This document shows positions 36,621 to 48,185 of a stretch of 64,000 nt of DNA, piece by piece (the stretch's first letter is position 1; the number at the start of each line of letters is the position of its first letter). Source of the stretch: Podarcis muralis (Eukaryota); assembly GCF_964188315.1 (NCBI RefSeq), contig NC_135658.1:104780001-104844000 (forward strand). The letters are read 5' to 3'. The notes below the pieces were generated by a model, which saw only the letters and a list, made by a program, of their open reading frames with translations, ran no database searches and was not told the DNA's origin. Both the position numbers and the translations under genes were made by a program.

Positions 36621-38088
36621 TATAACCAACAAACACACAAGTGGCATTTTATTTCAAAGGCCAAACAGAAGTTGGCATTGGGACCTCTCCTGCCATACTT
36701 CCACACGCTGGGATAAACCTTATGAGTATGCACCTCAGGTGGGATTTACATATGAGTAAACATGAATAAGAGTCCGTCATTAGTCTGGATCTAATCCTGT
36801 GTGCATTTTTACTTTTCTGCCATTTGCTGCACAATTTGCTGAATTTTTATTTTTATTTTGCACTACTATCATTGTTATGTATATTATGCATGCCTCAGGG
36901 GTGTTTACCTCCCATAATTCAAGTAATAAATAATGGAAATAATAAATATATTATGGAATGAAATTCCCCTACAAAACCAACAATTATTTGCATGTTTTTC
37001 ATTTGATGAGGTATACTGCACAATGGTAAGTTAACAAACCAGCCTGTTTTTACTACACTGCCTGATTCCTTCCTGTATCTTTCAGGCACTACAGCTGGAT
37101 ATGGTCTTTTAGCTTCTCAGAGGTTTCTTACTATTATTTGTGGCGTCAACACAAGGTTTGTTCTGCTCCCTGGTTGGAAAATTTCACTTAATGTAAGCGT
37201 CCCTTTATTCCAGAGGCTCTTGTCTGCCCAGATTCTAGTGTTCACTCAAGCCTTGGTTTTACATTTTTATTTTGTTTTTGTAACTTGCAGAATTATGTGC
37301 CTAATGATGTGGATACAAGGAGACCACCTTTGTGGCTCATTTGTCTGTTGATGCACTGCTTGTGGTGTTCCTGAGCTGAAAAACCTCCGGCTGACATATC
37401 CAGCTTTGTTTGCCTGTTATCCAAAGCAGCAGCGAAGCATATCGAGTAGCTAGGAGCAATATTAGATGCCAAAGAGAGAAAATTGGATGTGCAAGAGATT
37501 TGTGTATCCATTTCCCCACATGCTTCTGGTAAAATGTGCAAAGAGGAGAATTTGTGCATCATTTCACTATGCAGTGATATGTGCAATTTCCTTTGCCTGA
37601 CTTTGCAGCCAATAGCACCTTGGGAGAGGAACCATTTTTGGTGGGAAAACGGTGCGGGGGAAAGGGTTAAATTCTTATTCTTTCTCCTCCTGCTGTTGCA
37701 ACTGTTTTTCCTGGAAAAAGAGAGGGGCAAGCTCTACACACTTTTTGAAAAGTGAGCTAACTTAACACAGTTTTGCCTTGAAAATTATTATTGCTTAGGA
37801 GAATGCACAGACAAAAACCCTTCGCTCTACCAGCATGCTGCTGCTGCAGCAGCTGAAACCATGCTCTCCTCTCTTCTAAGGCTCACGGAAGGAGAAAACC
37901 AGTTTCTGCTCAGGCTAATTCAGCCAATAAGTGGCATAGCTATATTCATCAAGCTAAACTAGAGATGGGGTAGAATTCCATAGGGACTGCATTTTTAAAC
38001 GAACCTACCTAAGTTGCATCATCTACACAGATCAGAACAAAAAAAATTCCTTCCAGTAGCACCGTAAAGACCAACTAAGTTAGTTCTT

Positions 38089-38128
38089 GATATGAGCTTT
38101 CGTGTGCATGCACACTTCTTCAGGTATC
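38089..38128 (-). ncRNA. Second hammerhead motif on the opposite strand (imperfect stem I)
   Basis: GAUAC-CUGAAGA-A-GUGUG-CAUG-CACAC-GAAAGCUC^-AUAUC. Same core and stem II, but a C/A mismatch in stem I next to the core. Confidence 0.55.
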
Positions 38129-38162
38129 TGAAGAAGTGTGCATGCACACGAAAGCTCATACC
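38123..38162 (+). ncRNA. Type I hammerhead ribozyme motif (minimal, Penelope-type)
   Basis: GGUAU-CUGAAGA-A-GUGUG-CAUG-CACAC-GAA-A-GC-U-C^-AUACC. Stem I is GGUAU/AUACC, stem II is GUGUG/CACAC, the core CUGANGA..GAAA is intact, the stem III region is the palindrome AGCU, and cleavage is predicted after C38157. Structure by manual pairing; activity untested. Confidence 0.75.
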
Positions 38163-40002
38163 AAGAACTAACTTAGTTGGTCTTTAAGGTGCTACTGGAA
38201 GGAATTTTTTTTTGTTTTGACTATGGCAGACCAACACGGCTACCTATCTGTAACTGGAACAGATCAGAACGTTATCCTTTGGATTTTACACTTCTTCAAA
38301 CGTTATGATGCAGCTCCCAGCTAAGCAAATTAACAAACCACACCAACAAAAATCCCAACACAAAACCACCCATATTTTAGGATGGAGATGACTGGGACGA
38401 CAGGCTCATGTTTCAACAATGAGAGCTAATGACAGGACATGGGCATCCACATGGGACTTGAATGTGGATTTGGAACTATTGGATTTGGAACTGCATTCCT
38501 GCCCCTCTGCAGGATGTCACCCTCATCCATGTGGCATCCAGCACTTTCCCCCACTTCATTCAGAATTTTTCCAGTCTCTGGATAATCTGATAAAAGGAAA
38601 TAATCCATCTGTTCATTGCTCCACTATGGGTACAGAGAGTCACTTTTGCTCTTTGTGAAGTTGTTCAGCTGTGCAGTGACATTTCTGTCCTGCCATGGAC
38701 CATCACTTCCATCTCCCTTTCTACAACAGTTTCCAGGCAGATGCCTTTGGGAAGCCCACAAGAAAAGTGGGAAGGCCTTCTCTTGCTGTTTCTCTCCAGC
38801 GCCTGGTAATCCACCAGTGGCCTGCTGAATCAGGGGTGGTCTGTATAACATACACAAGGTATGAACACTGTATGTCTGCACTACAGCCTCCTCCAACAGA
38901 AACTAAGCCCAGGATCCCTGCCCTAGGACCTTCTTGAGTGGGGGATTTCAAGCAACATCATGACTTTGGTGTAAATAGGTGAAATGGATGTAGAATTTGT
39001 GTTTTATTTGGGCTGCTCATGATGTTTTATAGTTGCATTCTCTGTTATATTTTACACTCATTCACTAAGAGACACTCAAAATTTCTAGAGCCCAACTACT
39101 GAAAGAAGTGGATTTTTTTTACAGCAAATTCTCTTGTCTCAAATATCAAGAGGGGGGGAAAGCCAGCCTAACAACATTGCATGCAGTATTGATCTAGGAA
39201 GGAACACACAGAGTCTACGTTAAGAAAATGAAGAAATAAATTAGGAAATAAATCAGTAAACTGGTTCTTTCTGTTTTGACTTATAAAAAACGGCAGGCCT
39301 ATTTTCTGGGTCTTTTTTTTTTTAAAAAAAGATTTGTATCACATAAAGGAATAGCAGCTCATCAGATAAATGTTCCCAGCATGACTTTAACTGATGCTCT
39401 TGACCATATGGAGCATGGTCAGCCAACCAGAGAAACATAAGCACGCTCTCTCCACTTTTCAAAATAAAGTCCTAGAAAACAACGTCTTAGAATATTGTAG
39501 GCTTGGAATAGGGCAATTAGGCCTACATTCTCAGTGAGGTGGCAAACCAGGGGAGGCTGCCCCATATGGGCAAGAGTCCCCCACCCTCCGCCTGCCCTCA
39601 GCCAGCCCCCACCCTTGTCTCTTTCCTTACAGGCAGCCCAGGGGGTGGCTCTGCTGGTCAGCTTCCTCCTGCTGAGCCTCAAGTGTTGGCCCTGGTAGGA
39701 CCCAGCCAGGAGGAGGAGGTTGGGGACTAAGACTGGACTGGTTGGCTCTGGCACCACCCACTGTTGGACCCCCTGATTTCCATTCCATCCGCCACAGTGG
39801 GTGCCAGCCACTGGGGGCCATAACATGTGACTGAATGATCCTTCATGCAGATATACACATCTCATAGAAAATTAGATGTCCGTGAGAAGGATTCTCGACT
39901 AATTACACCTCCCCCATTCTGGATTTTTACATGTGAGCACCCTAACTAGAGCCTGAAGTTTACACTGTCACTGAGAACTAGACTACGATTTCCCCTAAAG
40001 AG

Positions 40003-40381
40003 ATGGTAAATGTAAAGGTACCCCTGACCGTTAGGTCCAGTTGCAGATGATTCTGGGGTTGCGGCGCTCATCTCACTCTATAGGCTAAGGGAGCCGGCGT
40101 TTTTCCGCAGACAGTTTGTCCACAGACAGCTGGTCCTGTGGCCAGCATGACTAAGCTGCTTCTGGCGAACCAGAGCAGTGCACGGAAACACCGTTTACCT
40201 TCCCACCGGAGCAGTACCTATTTATCTACTTGCACTTTGACGTGCTTTCGAACTGCTAGGTGGCCAAGAGCTGGGACCGAGCACGGGAGTACACCCTGTC
40301 GCAAGAATTCGAACCACCAACGTTCTGATCGGCAAGCCCTAGGCTCTGTGATTTAGACCACAGCACCACCCTCGTCCTGCT
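40003..40381 (-). mobile_element. Sauria SINE, full length
   Basis: Homologous to the other copies. TSD CCTAAAGAG at 39994-40002 and 40382-40390. Confidence 0.9.
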
Positions 40382-41802
40382 CCTAAAGAGGTGAGGTCAT
40401 TTTAATTTCCTGCTGCTTTCTCAAGCTCTTTACTTCCCCTGCAGCGTGAAGGAGCCTGGTCCCAGCTCACCCTGCTCGTGCTCTGAGATGGTCATCTGTT
40501 GCTTTTCTCTGTAGTCTTCCGTGTCTCTGCTAGGGAAGCAGGTGCCAGCTGTTCAGTCTCTCTAGCTGTAGCTCCTGTTTATGGAATATTATCCTCTGAG
40601 AATCTCACCTGGCTCCAACACAGCTGTACTTTAGGTGCCAGGCAAAAACCTGCTTAATTGCCCATGTTTTAAAAGTATTTCTTAACTGCTCTTTTCTCCA
40701 TTGCCTCATTTGTTATTTGTGGTTTCTTGTTTGTTCATTTTTTAAAACCATACATGTCAACCACGCTGGAATCAACATTGGTGAAGGACAGCATAAAAAA
40801 AACTTTTAAACGCATATATGTAAGCTTTATGTGCAATATGTGATTTTGATGTGAAGGTGCTTTCAACAAAGTGGTCTTCTCCCACTTCCCAGATTTTCAC
40901 AGAAGCATACAGTGAAGACATGAACTGACCGAGCTTGCAAGACAACCCAGCTCCCATTAGGATTCGGTGATCTGCAGCTGAACTGGGAGTTTCCCAGGCA
41001 ACACCAGCTTAACTCCCTCATCGTTGGCTCAGCATATTTTCCCCAGCCTGGCTCTGCTAGGACCTGGCTTGTTAACAGAGCAGTCCTAACACAGGAACAG
41101 GGGAAAGTGGAGCAGGGGATCCCCCATCACAACCAAAGCCCTGCTGCTGTGTGCACTTTCCCAGAGCAGAATTTGCTGTGCCAGGTACAGACTGCTCCAG
41201 AGCTGCTGGGTCTTCCTTTGGATCTTGTCTCTGCTCACTTCTGCCAGCAGGAGCGTTCCAGCTGCCAACGTGTGCCTGGGGCCTCTGCTGGGGGGGGGGG
41301 TGGAGCCCCATCAACTCCCCACACCTGGCAGCACCCCCCTCTGAGAGGCACCTTTGCGCCATCCCACCACAGTTGTAGCCATTCATATTCGGTTGGGGGT
41401 TGGATGCTGGGGGAGCATGTGAAAAGGGGCTACTAAATACAAGAATGGCAAGGTGTGTAATATTTTGAAGAGTAAAATAGAGGACACATTTGCCGACTGC
41501 TACTTTTAACTATGGATCACTATGACGACTCCACCCATGAAAAAGAGGACAGTCAGTGATCAGCCTTCCTTATGGTCCAGCTCGCACTTCCATACATCAC
41601 TACTGGGGAAACTATAGCTTTAACTATACGGACCTTTGTTGGCAAGGTGATGTCTCTGCTTTTTAAGATGGTTTTCGTTGCTGCCTCCTATATAATGTTT
41701 GTGTATAATTCTCAACCAAAAAACTGAGAATCGGCAGCACCCTTTTTGCCACCTTCTGTCCTGCTGCCGGGGCACTGAAACACTGGGAGGTCTACTTCAC
41801 AG

Positions 41803-41866
41803 AAGAATAGAATTCGGAGGGACCATTAGGGTCATCTAGGTTAACCGCCCACAAGGCAGGAATCTT
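41803..41866 (-). mobile_element. CR1 3' terminus
   Basis: GAATAGAATTCGGAGGGACCATTAGGGTCATCTAGGTTAACC...CAAGGCAGGAATC is the reverse complement of the CR1 end seen at 24549 and 42510. Confidence 0.55.
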
Positions 41867-41927
41867 GTACTATATCGATCCCTCCAGTGTTATTTTGGAA
41901 ATATTTTGTTGAAAATGTCCATTCGTC

Positions 41928-41983
41928 GTCTTCTTCTTCTTCTTCTTCTTCTTCTTCTTCTTCTTCTTCTTCTTCTTCTTCTT
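41928..41983. repeat. (TTC)n microsatellite
   Basis: Perfect trinucleotide run. Confidence 0.97.
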
Positions 41984-42509
41984 TTGTCAATGTGATGGCA
42001 CATTTAAATTATCTTTCCTGCCCATTTTAAAAGAAACAGAGCTGTTTTCTAGATCCCCTGCCTAAGCTGAGATGAGCTATGTGCACAGGTGGTTAAATGT
42101 ATTAAGAGGATGCCTTATGGCTCCTTTTCTTGCTCAGCCGTAATCAGTGCAGAAAAAGTGCGGGGGGGGGGGGACAATTTAAAAGGAAAAAAATGAATCA
42201 GTTCAGCAATTGTCAACATCTGTGAGGAAAAAATACTCAGTAGAAAAAACCCAGCTGACAAGAAGAATTAGCATAGACAGGAAGTCTCTTCACTTTCATT
42301 CTGATAGAAGAAAGAGGAGAGACTCATGATGCAAGCAATATGCATTTGTCAATATTTCAGCAAAAATGCTTTGTGTAAACCCCATCAGTTTCTTATGACA
42401 TGTATGCATGTATGTACTGAGGCGTCAAGCCTGTGTCCTGCTGAATCTAAGGGGCTCAGGATAGGGATAATTGCTGCCATTTTTGTTCTTGATAATAATT
42501 CATTTACAG

Positions 42510-42574
42510 CATAGCAGGGGGTTGGACTAGATGACCCTTGGGGTAACTTCCATCACCACAACTCTATGATTCTG
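42510..42574 (+). mobile_element. CR1 3' terminus
   Basis: GCAGGGGGTTGGACTAGATGACCCTTGGGGT..TTCC...CTCTATGATTCT. Confidence 0.7.
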
Positions 42575-42866
42575 TAGCAGGGCATCCTGCACATTTTAAT
42601 TGAGAAGTAAATCCCACTTGTTCAGTGGTGCTTACTCTCTAGTGTTTAAGATGCAGCTTAAATAGATCACTTCATAAAATAGATAATAATTCTAAAAATA
42701 TCTGGAATTCTTGAATCTACAGAAATATGTAAGGGCAAATGTGGACATTCTGCTTGGGCAAAATAATCCAGAAAAAAATAGGAAAGAAGATAATGTTTCA
42801 GTTAGCCTACTAAAATTCTCAGGGGGTGGGGAAATCCTTGTTAACACATTTTATGCTTTGACTGAG

Positions 42867-43254
42867 TTTAAAAGGTAAAGGTAAAGGACCCCTGACAGTT
42901 AAATCCAGTTGCAGACAACTCTGGGGTTGCAGCGCTCATCTCGCTTTACTGGCCGAGGGAGCTGGTGTTTGTCCGCAGACATGTCCGGATCATGTGGCCA
43001 GCAGGACTAAGTCACTTCTGGCGCAATGGAACACCGAAACCAGAGCAACACATGGAAACGCCGTTTACCTTCCCACCGGAGCGGTACCTATTTATCTACT
43101 TGCAGTTTTGGGCATGCTTTCAAACTGCTAAGTTGGCAGGAGCTGGGACAGAGCAACGGGAGCTCACCCCCATCACGGCGATTCGAACCAGTGACCTTCT
43201 GATCGGCAAGCCCAAGAGGCTCAGTGGTTTAGACCACAGCGCCACCCGCATCCC
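42867..43254 (-). mobile_element. Sauria SINE, full length
   Basis: Homologous to the other copies. TSD CTTTGACTGAG at 42856-42866 and 43255-43265. Confidence 0.92.
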
Positions 43255-43423
43255 CTTTGACTGAGCTTACCTAAAGTTAAATTTGGAGTTAAATTTAAGA
43301 TTCATGCCTGGCCAAAAATCTGAGAAATTTCAAGGGAAGCAAAGGGTATTTTAATAAAACTCACAACATTTCTCGGCGGAATCTATGCAATGATCTCACC
43401 CCCGCAAGAGCATGGATGCTATA

Positions 43424-43649
43424 CAGTGTTTCCTTGGTTTAAGAACTTAATTCGTTCTGGAGGTCCGTTCTTAACCTGAAACTGTTCTTAACCTGAAGCA
43501 ACACTTTAGCTAATAGGGCCTCCTGCTGCAGCCGCGCCACCAGAGCATGATTTCTGTTCTCATCCTGAAGCAAAGTTCTTAACCCAAGGTACTATTTCTG
43601 GGTTAGCAGACTCTGTAAACTGAAGCGTCTGTAACCCGAGGTACAACTG
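43424..43649. mobile_element. Tigger-like Tc1/mariner MITE
   Basis: TA|CAGTGTTTCCTTGG ... CCGAGGTACAACTG|TA. Reverse-orientation homologue of 49196-49423. Confidence 0.88.
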
Positions 43650-43770
43650 TATATGTGAAATGTTTTTTTGGGGGAGTGGGGAGTTATCCAGGTAAAGATA
43701 TAACTAACCTACTGTAGGTCCCACATGCATTTCAAAAATTCCGTGTTGCATGGGTCAACCTTACCTATTA

Positions 43771-44106
43771 CAGACCTTCCTATTGTCCCTAATTTTCCAG
43801 GGACAGTCCTGGATTTACAAAAACTGTCCCAGTTTCTGATTTGATCCCGGAACATACCGCTTTTTCTTAGGACATCCCCACTTTCATTGGAGAAACGGTG
43901 CAGGATATGGAGTTATCCAACCCCTTAGCCATCTGAAGACAGCCCTTTATAGGGAAGGTTTTTTTAATGTTTAATGTTTTTATATATGTTGCAAGCTGCC
44001 TAGGGCGGCTGGGGCAGCCCAGTCTAATGGATGGGGTATAAATAGTAAAATTGTTATTATGGAATAGGATGGCCCTATTTTCATCAGAGAAATGTTGGAG
44101 GGTATG
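43771..44106. mobile_element. Chimeric MITE (GGGAC-rich hAT-like shell with internal L2 3' end)
   Basis: Termini CAGACCTTCC / GGAGGGTATG are imperfect inverted repeats, and the direct repeat CTATTA flanks both sides. Internal 43930-44060 matches the L2 3' end (CATCTGAAGACAGCCCT..AGGGAAG..GGGTATAAAT). Confidence 0.65.
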
Positions 44107-47100
44107 CTATTACTTTGTATAGAAATCAAATATTCATTGCTGAGGCTGATCTCACCAGCAACAATATAAATTTGATTAACAATTCAAAAGTTATTTCACC
44201 CTTAAAACAGCATTAAGTATTTTTATCATCATTTCCTAAGACTGTGATTCTAAACAGAAACAGACATTTTAAAAGGGACCACCTGGCCTTTGCTTCTCCC
44301 TCCCCCTCTTCTCTTATTTCATGCTCTTTTTTATTTATTGCTTCAGTTTTCCATGCCAGCCTCTGCAGCTCACTGTATCTTTTACCTCTGAACTCTCAGC
44401 TTGGTGATTTTTATCTGCCAACATAGTTATTTGTTCACATGCGTCATTCCTACCTAAATAAGAGCAAGGCTGAAGAGGAAGGAGTGTGGGTTTGCCTGTT
44501 TACTTCAGACATTTATATACTGCTTAATTATTTGCATTTGTAAGTGTACATAAAAACACTCCCTAGTAAATGGGAGAATAAAAAACAGTAACGTAAAACC
44601 CAACGCTACCTTAAAATGCCTTGGGAACAAGAAAGCCTTAGTCACATTTATAGCTGATATTGCTTAATATTGTATGCGGACGTGACAAGTTGATCACGTA
44701 GGGGAAATCTTTTTGGAGCTTTAAAGCAGTTATATTTGGGGCTTATTAGGTAGGCAACCTGTAGTCACATATTTTGTTATGAAATTTGGTGGAAACCCAT
44801 TGTTCAGAAAATGCTGACATATAGATGACAAAACTGGACTTCAGGCAATTTATCACTTGAGAGTGATGAGCCAGGACGTTTTTTTAGATTAGATATTATT
44901 GCTGATCCATATAAGTTTAAGGGTAGACTCATTAAGGTTTAGACTCAGTCCTGTCTTTAGGAAAAGCTCAGTTATAACACTTGGGTAAGACACTTTTATG
45001 AACAGCTAGCTCTGGGTTCTTAAGAAGCTTTTGAAATGTGTTTTATTTGTTACCAATACCAGTAATTTGTGCCTTTTTTGCCACCAGTCAAAGCTGACGG
45101 AAGGCATTCTGCCCTACAGAGACCCCCTGAGCCTCAAGCAACCGAAGTGGAGCCTGGAGTTCCCTCAAGCCTCATGCCTGCTCCTTCAGAGCTCCTTCCC
45201 TTTGTTGTGGGCTGTTTTGCTAAACATTGAAATGGTCTGAAAAATGTCAGGTATAAAGTGTTCTTAAGTATTGTAATTTGGAAGAGCATTATTGAACTGA
45301 GTCTGTTACAAGAATAATCACAGGTGAGAGAGAGTGTTTCAATGCATTGACTTGTTCCAGCTATACTTGCAATATGTAATTATATAAGCTTTTAATGATA
45401 ATTATGGGGGTAAGCATTCTAGGCTACATGGAGGAAAAAATCACTTCCAAATAAGGCATTCTGTTTCCACTTTGGGATTTGTAACACAGTGCAGTTTCTG
45501 AACAAAGCATGTGATCCTGTCTGAAGAGAAATTAAGCTCCAACTCAAATGTGTGTTTACGTCTTTCATGAATATTGCTAATCTGTTGGCTACTTTTGAAC
45601 TCAAACAAGATTCATATTATCTGGCAGAATACATGTCATGGAGAGACTGTAAAAAAAGCATAAAAATAAGCTGCTTGGCGTTTACTAATGTACAAAGTGA
45701 AATAGCAGAATATCGTAATTTGCATTTCCATACATCACAATTACATGCTCATTTTACGGAGTAATTAAGGATAATATTTTGAAACGCTAACGAAGGGCAT
45801 TTATTTATTTATTTATAAAGAAGAGTAGTACAACCAAGCTATAAAACTGGTCCCTGTGTTATTTCATGTTCAGAGGCAATATCCCTTTGTTTACCAGATG
45901 CAGGGGACAAATTGCAGCGGATTCATGTGGCCTTGATATCCTGCTTCGTGAGTTTCTAAAGGCTGAGTGTTTAAAACAGAATGCTAGATGAGATGGACTC
46001 TTGGTCTGATCCAGCAAAGCAGTTCTTATTGCTTCAAATGTAGAAATGTTCAAAGGGGTTAAGCTGCCTTTCAGTCACTTATTTAAAAAGAACTTCCATA
46101 AAGTAAAAGGTATTAACTACCAAGTTCTCTCTCCCCCTCCCCCCATTGAGATACCTACGGAACACACAAGAAAATGAAAATACCTTGACTGGCTTAAATG
46201 TATTTAAATTTCCTTTGTAGAACTGTGTTTCAACTGTTTGGGATTACAATCAAAATGAATTTGATGGTTCAGCTCAGTTTCCAGTAGATTACAGTCTGAA
46301 TGCCATCTGCTTCATATTATGGCAAAATTGTGATCTGTTTCCAAATTTAGAGGTCCAGAACTGAACAAACAGAATAACTAAGATCCATCTTTTGATCACA
46401 AGAAGAAAAAAGAATGTGGGTGTTCAGACTTATATTCTCCAAAGAGAGGTGCTCTCCACTGTAAGCACCTGCTGTTTTGACAATGAATGACAATGGGGTG
46501 GGGAAGTCTTTCTTTTAATCCCCTTTTTATTTTAACACATGCAAAGTATAGTAAAATGCCATACCACTCAACTGTCCCAATTTGAGTGGGACATCCCTGA
46601 ATTGCAGAAGCCATGCTGGCTTCTGAGTGGATCTCAGAAAGTCCCGTTCTTTTGGTCCCGCACTCTTGCGCAAGTCACCAGCGCCAGAAGACACGCCTCC
46701 CTCTTTTCAGATCAGAGAGGCAGCTGCAGAGCAAGGGGGCAAGACGCCTCGAAGGAGAAAAGCACGCCTTTGCAAAAGATCCCGATGGTTCCCAGAATGT
46801 CCTTGGGAAGAATCTATTTGCCTATTGTTTGGTTGAGGGATTGCGATGAATGAAGCAGCCTTGGCAGCAGGGAAGCGCTGCCTTTTCTCTTGCCGCCTTG
46901 TTAGTGGGAGAGGCCACGTTGGGTCTGGTGCCAGGAACGGTGGGCTCTGCAAGGCTCCAGTTTCTTCCTCTGCTGCTGCTGGTTGTGCCCTTTGCCTCCT
47001 CTGAGCCCGAGACTGGCCAGGACTGGGAGCCACTGCTGCCTCCAGGGGAGCAGCACAAGCCATGGCTGCAGCACCCTGTGGTCCAGGGGCCAGAGCTGGT

Positions 47101-47599
47101 CGGGGGGGGGGGGAGTACAATGCTAAGATGCAGGTCTTTCAGTGCTGGGAGCCAAAATTGGCAATGCCAATGGTTTAAGAAGCTTTAAAGGGGTGTTAGA
47201 CAAATTCACAGATGATTGGTCTATCCGCACACCAAAGTCACAGACGAGGGTTGCTTCATAATAATGGTCTTTGCTGAATTTGTAGTCCTTATACATGGTG
47301 AAATAAATCTACGGCCAGAACTTCATTTTCAAAATGAGGCCATGATAGCTATAGGTAGAGTACATTTATGGCAAAAAGAATGAGTGCACATTTTATGGGA
47401 AATAGGACCTTCAAGATTTTTTTAAAGGTCTGTGATCTTGCCCTCAGTGATTATTTATTTATTTTTGGCAGGGGGAGGTATCTAGCTACTGTAGTATTTG
47501 CAAGTTTACATTGACAACATCTATAAAGTCAGCCAGAATTCAACAAAATATGTGATTATGATTCAACTTTCATATACCAAATGTGTAGACTGGGCATAG

Positions 47600-48185
47600 C
47601 AGTGGTTCTCACAGGGCAGTCTTTCTCTGGGTCACACTTTCAGAACAAAATTTTGCTTGTGCCACTCCATATTTTTTTATTGATAAGAACTACATTTGAA
47701 AATAACAAAGAAAGCAACATCTAGAAAGTATAAAACAATGCAGCTACCTAAGGTGAATAATTACCAAAATATAATTATAAGCAAGTCTCTATCTACCTTA
47801 AGTATGTATACAATCTCAGCAAGAGGCGTGAGCTTGATTTGCTGGGTAATCTCATTTATATCAGGTCTAAATTGAAACAAACAAACTCTCATCTCCTCAC
47901 CAACACAAACAAGCCTTTCTCTTTCCTGATCTTTCATATTTGTCAGAGTTGAAAATCCCTGTTCACAACAATATGTCATGGAGAACTGTAGAAGAATACA
48001 GTTCCATAGCCTGTTAAACAAACAAACAAACAAACAAACAAACAAACAAACAAACAAACAAACAAACAAACATGAAAGATACTGAGCTGTACCATACAAC
48101 ACTGAAATGTCTAAACGTTTCTTTGATTGTCCTTTGGTCTTCCTGCCACTCCAGTGTGGCGTGCCATGCCCTTTGAGGACCACTG
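47600..48185 (-). mobile_element. Non-autonomous hAT (Charlie/Buster-like) element with transposase dimerisation-domain remnant
   Basis: TIR CAGTGGTTCTCA / TGAGGACCACTG (11 of 12 match). ORF 47761..48183 contains ILLQFSMTYCCEQGFSTLTNMK..RERL..EEMRVCL. Interrupted by (AAAC)n at 48016-48071. No TSD found. Confidence 0.8.

Larger units (their letters stand above)
38039..38258. mobile_element. Penelope-like retroelement terminal-repeat insertion in inverted configuration
   Basis: Arms of about 91 bp (38033-38123 and 38128-38219) with about 4 differences around a GTAT centre. The sequence CACGAAAGCTCATAC..TTAGTTGGTCTTTAAGGTGCTAC is of the reptile Penelope terminal-repeat type. The 12-bp direct repeat ACAGATCAGAAC lies at 38027-38038 and 38259-38270. 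Confidence 0.75.

Noticed and set aside
37086-37106. TTAGYG resembling a K+ channel selectivity filter (TxGYG)
   Set aside because: No following Asp, no pore helix or TM context, and no other channel exons nearby.
40465-40523. Minus-strand exon-like block (RDTEDYREKQQMTISEHEQG, donor GTGAGC)
   Set aside because: Weak acceptor, no homology, and no supporting neighbouring exons.
46539-47188. Cluster of overlapping GC-rich ORFs, one resembling a signal peptide
   Set aside because: No recognisable domain or splice structure. The region begins with a GGGACA-type MITE terminus (CATACCACTCAACTGTCCC), so it is probably repeat-derived.
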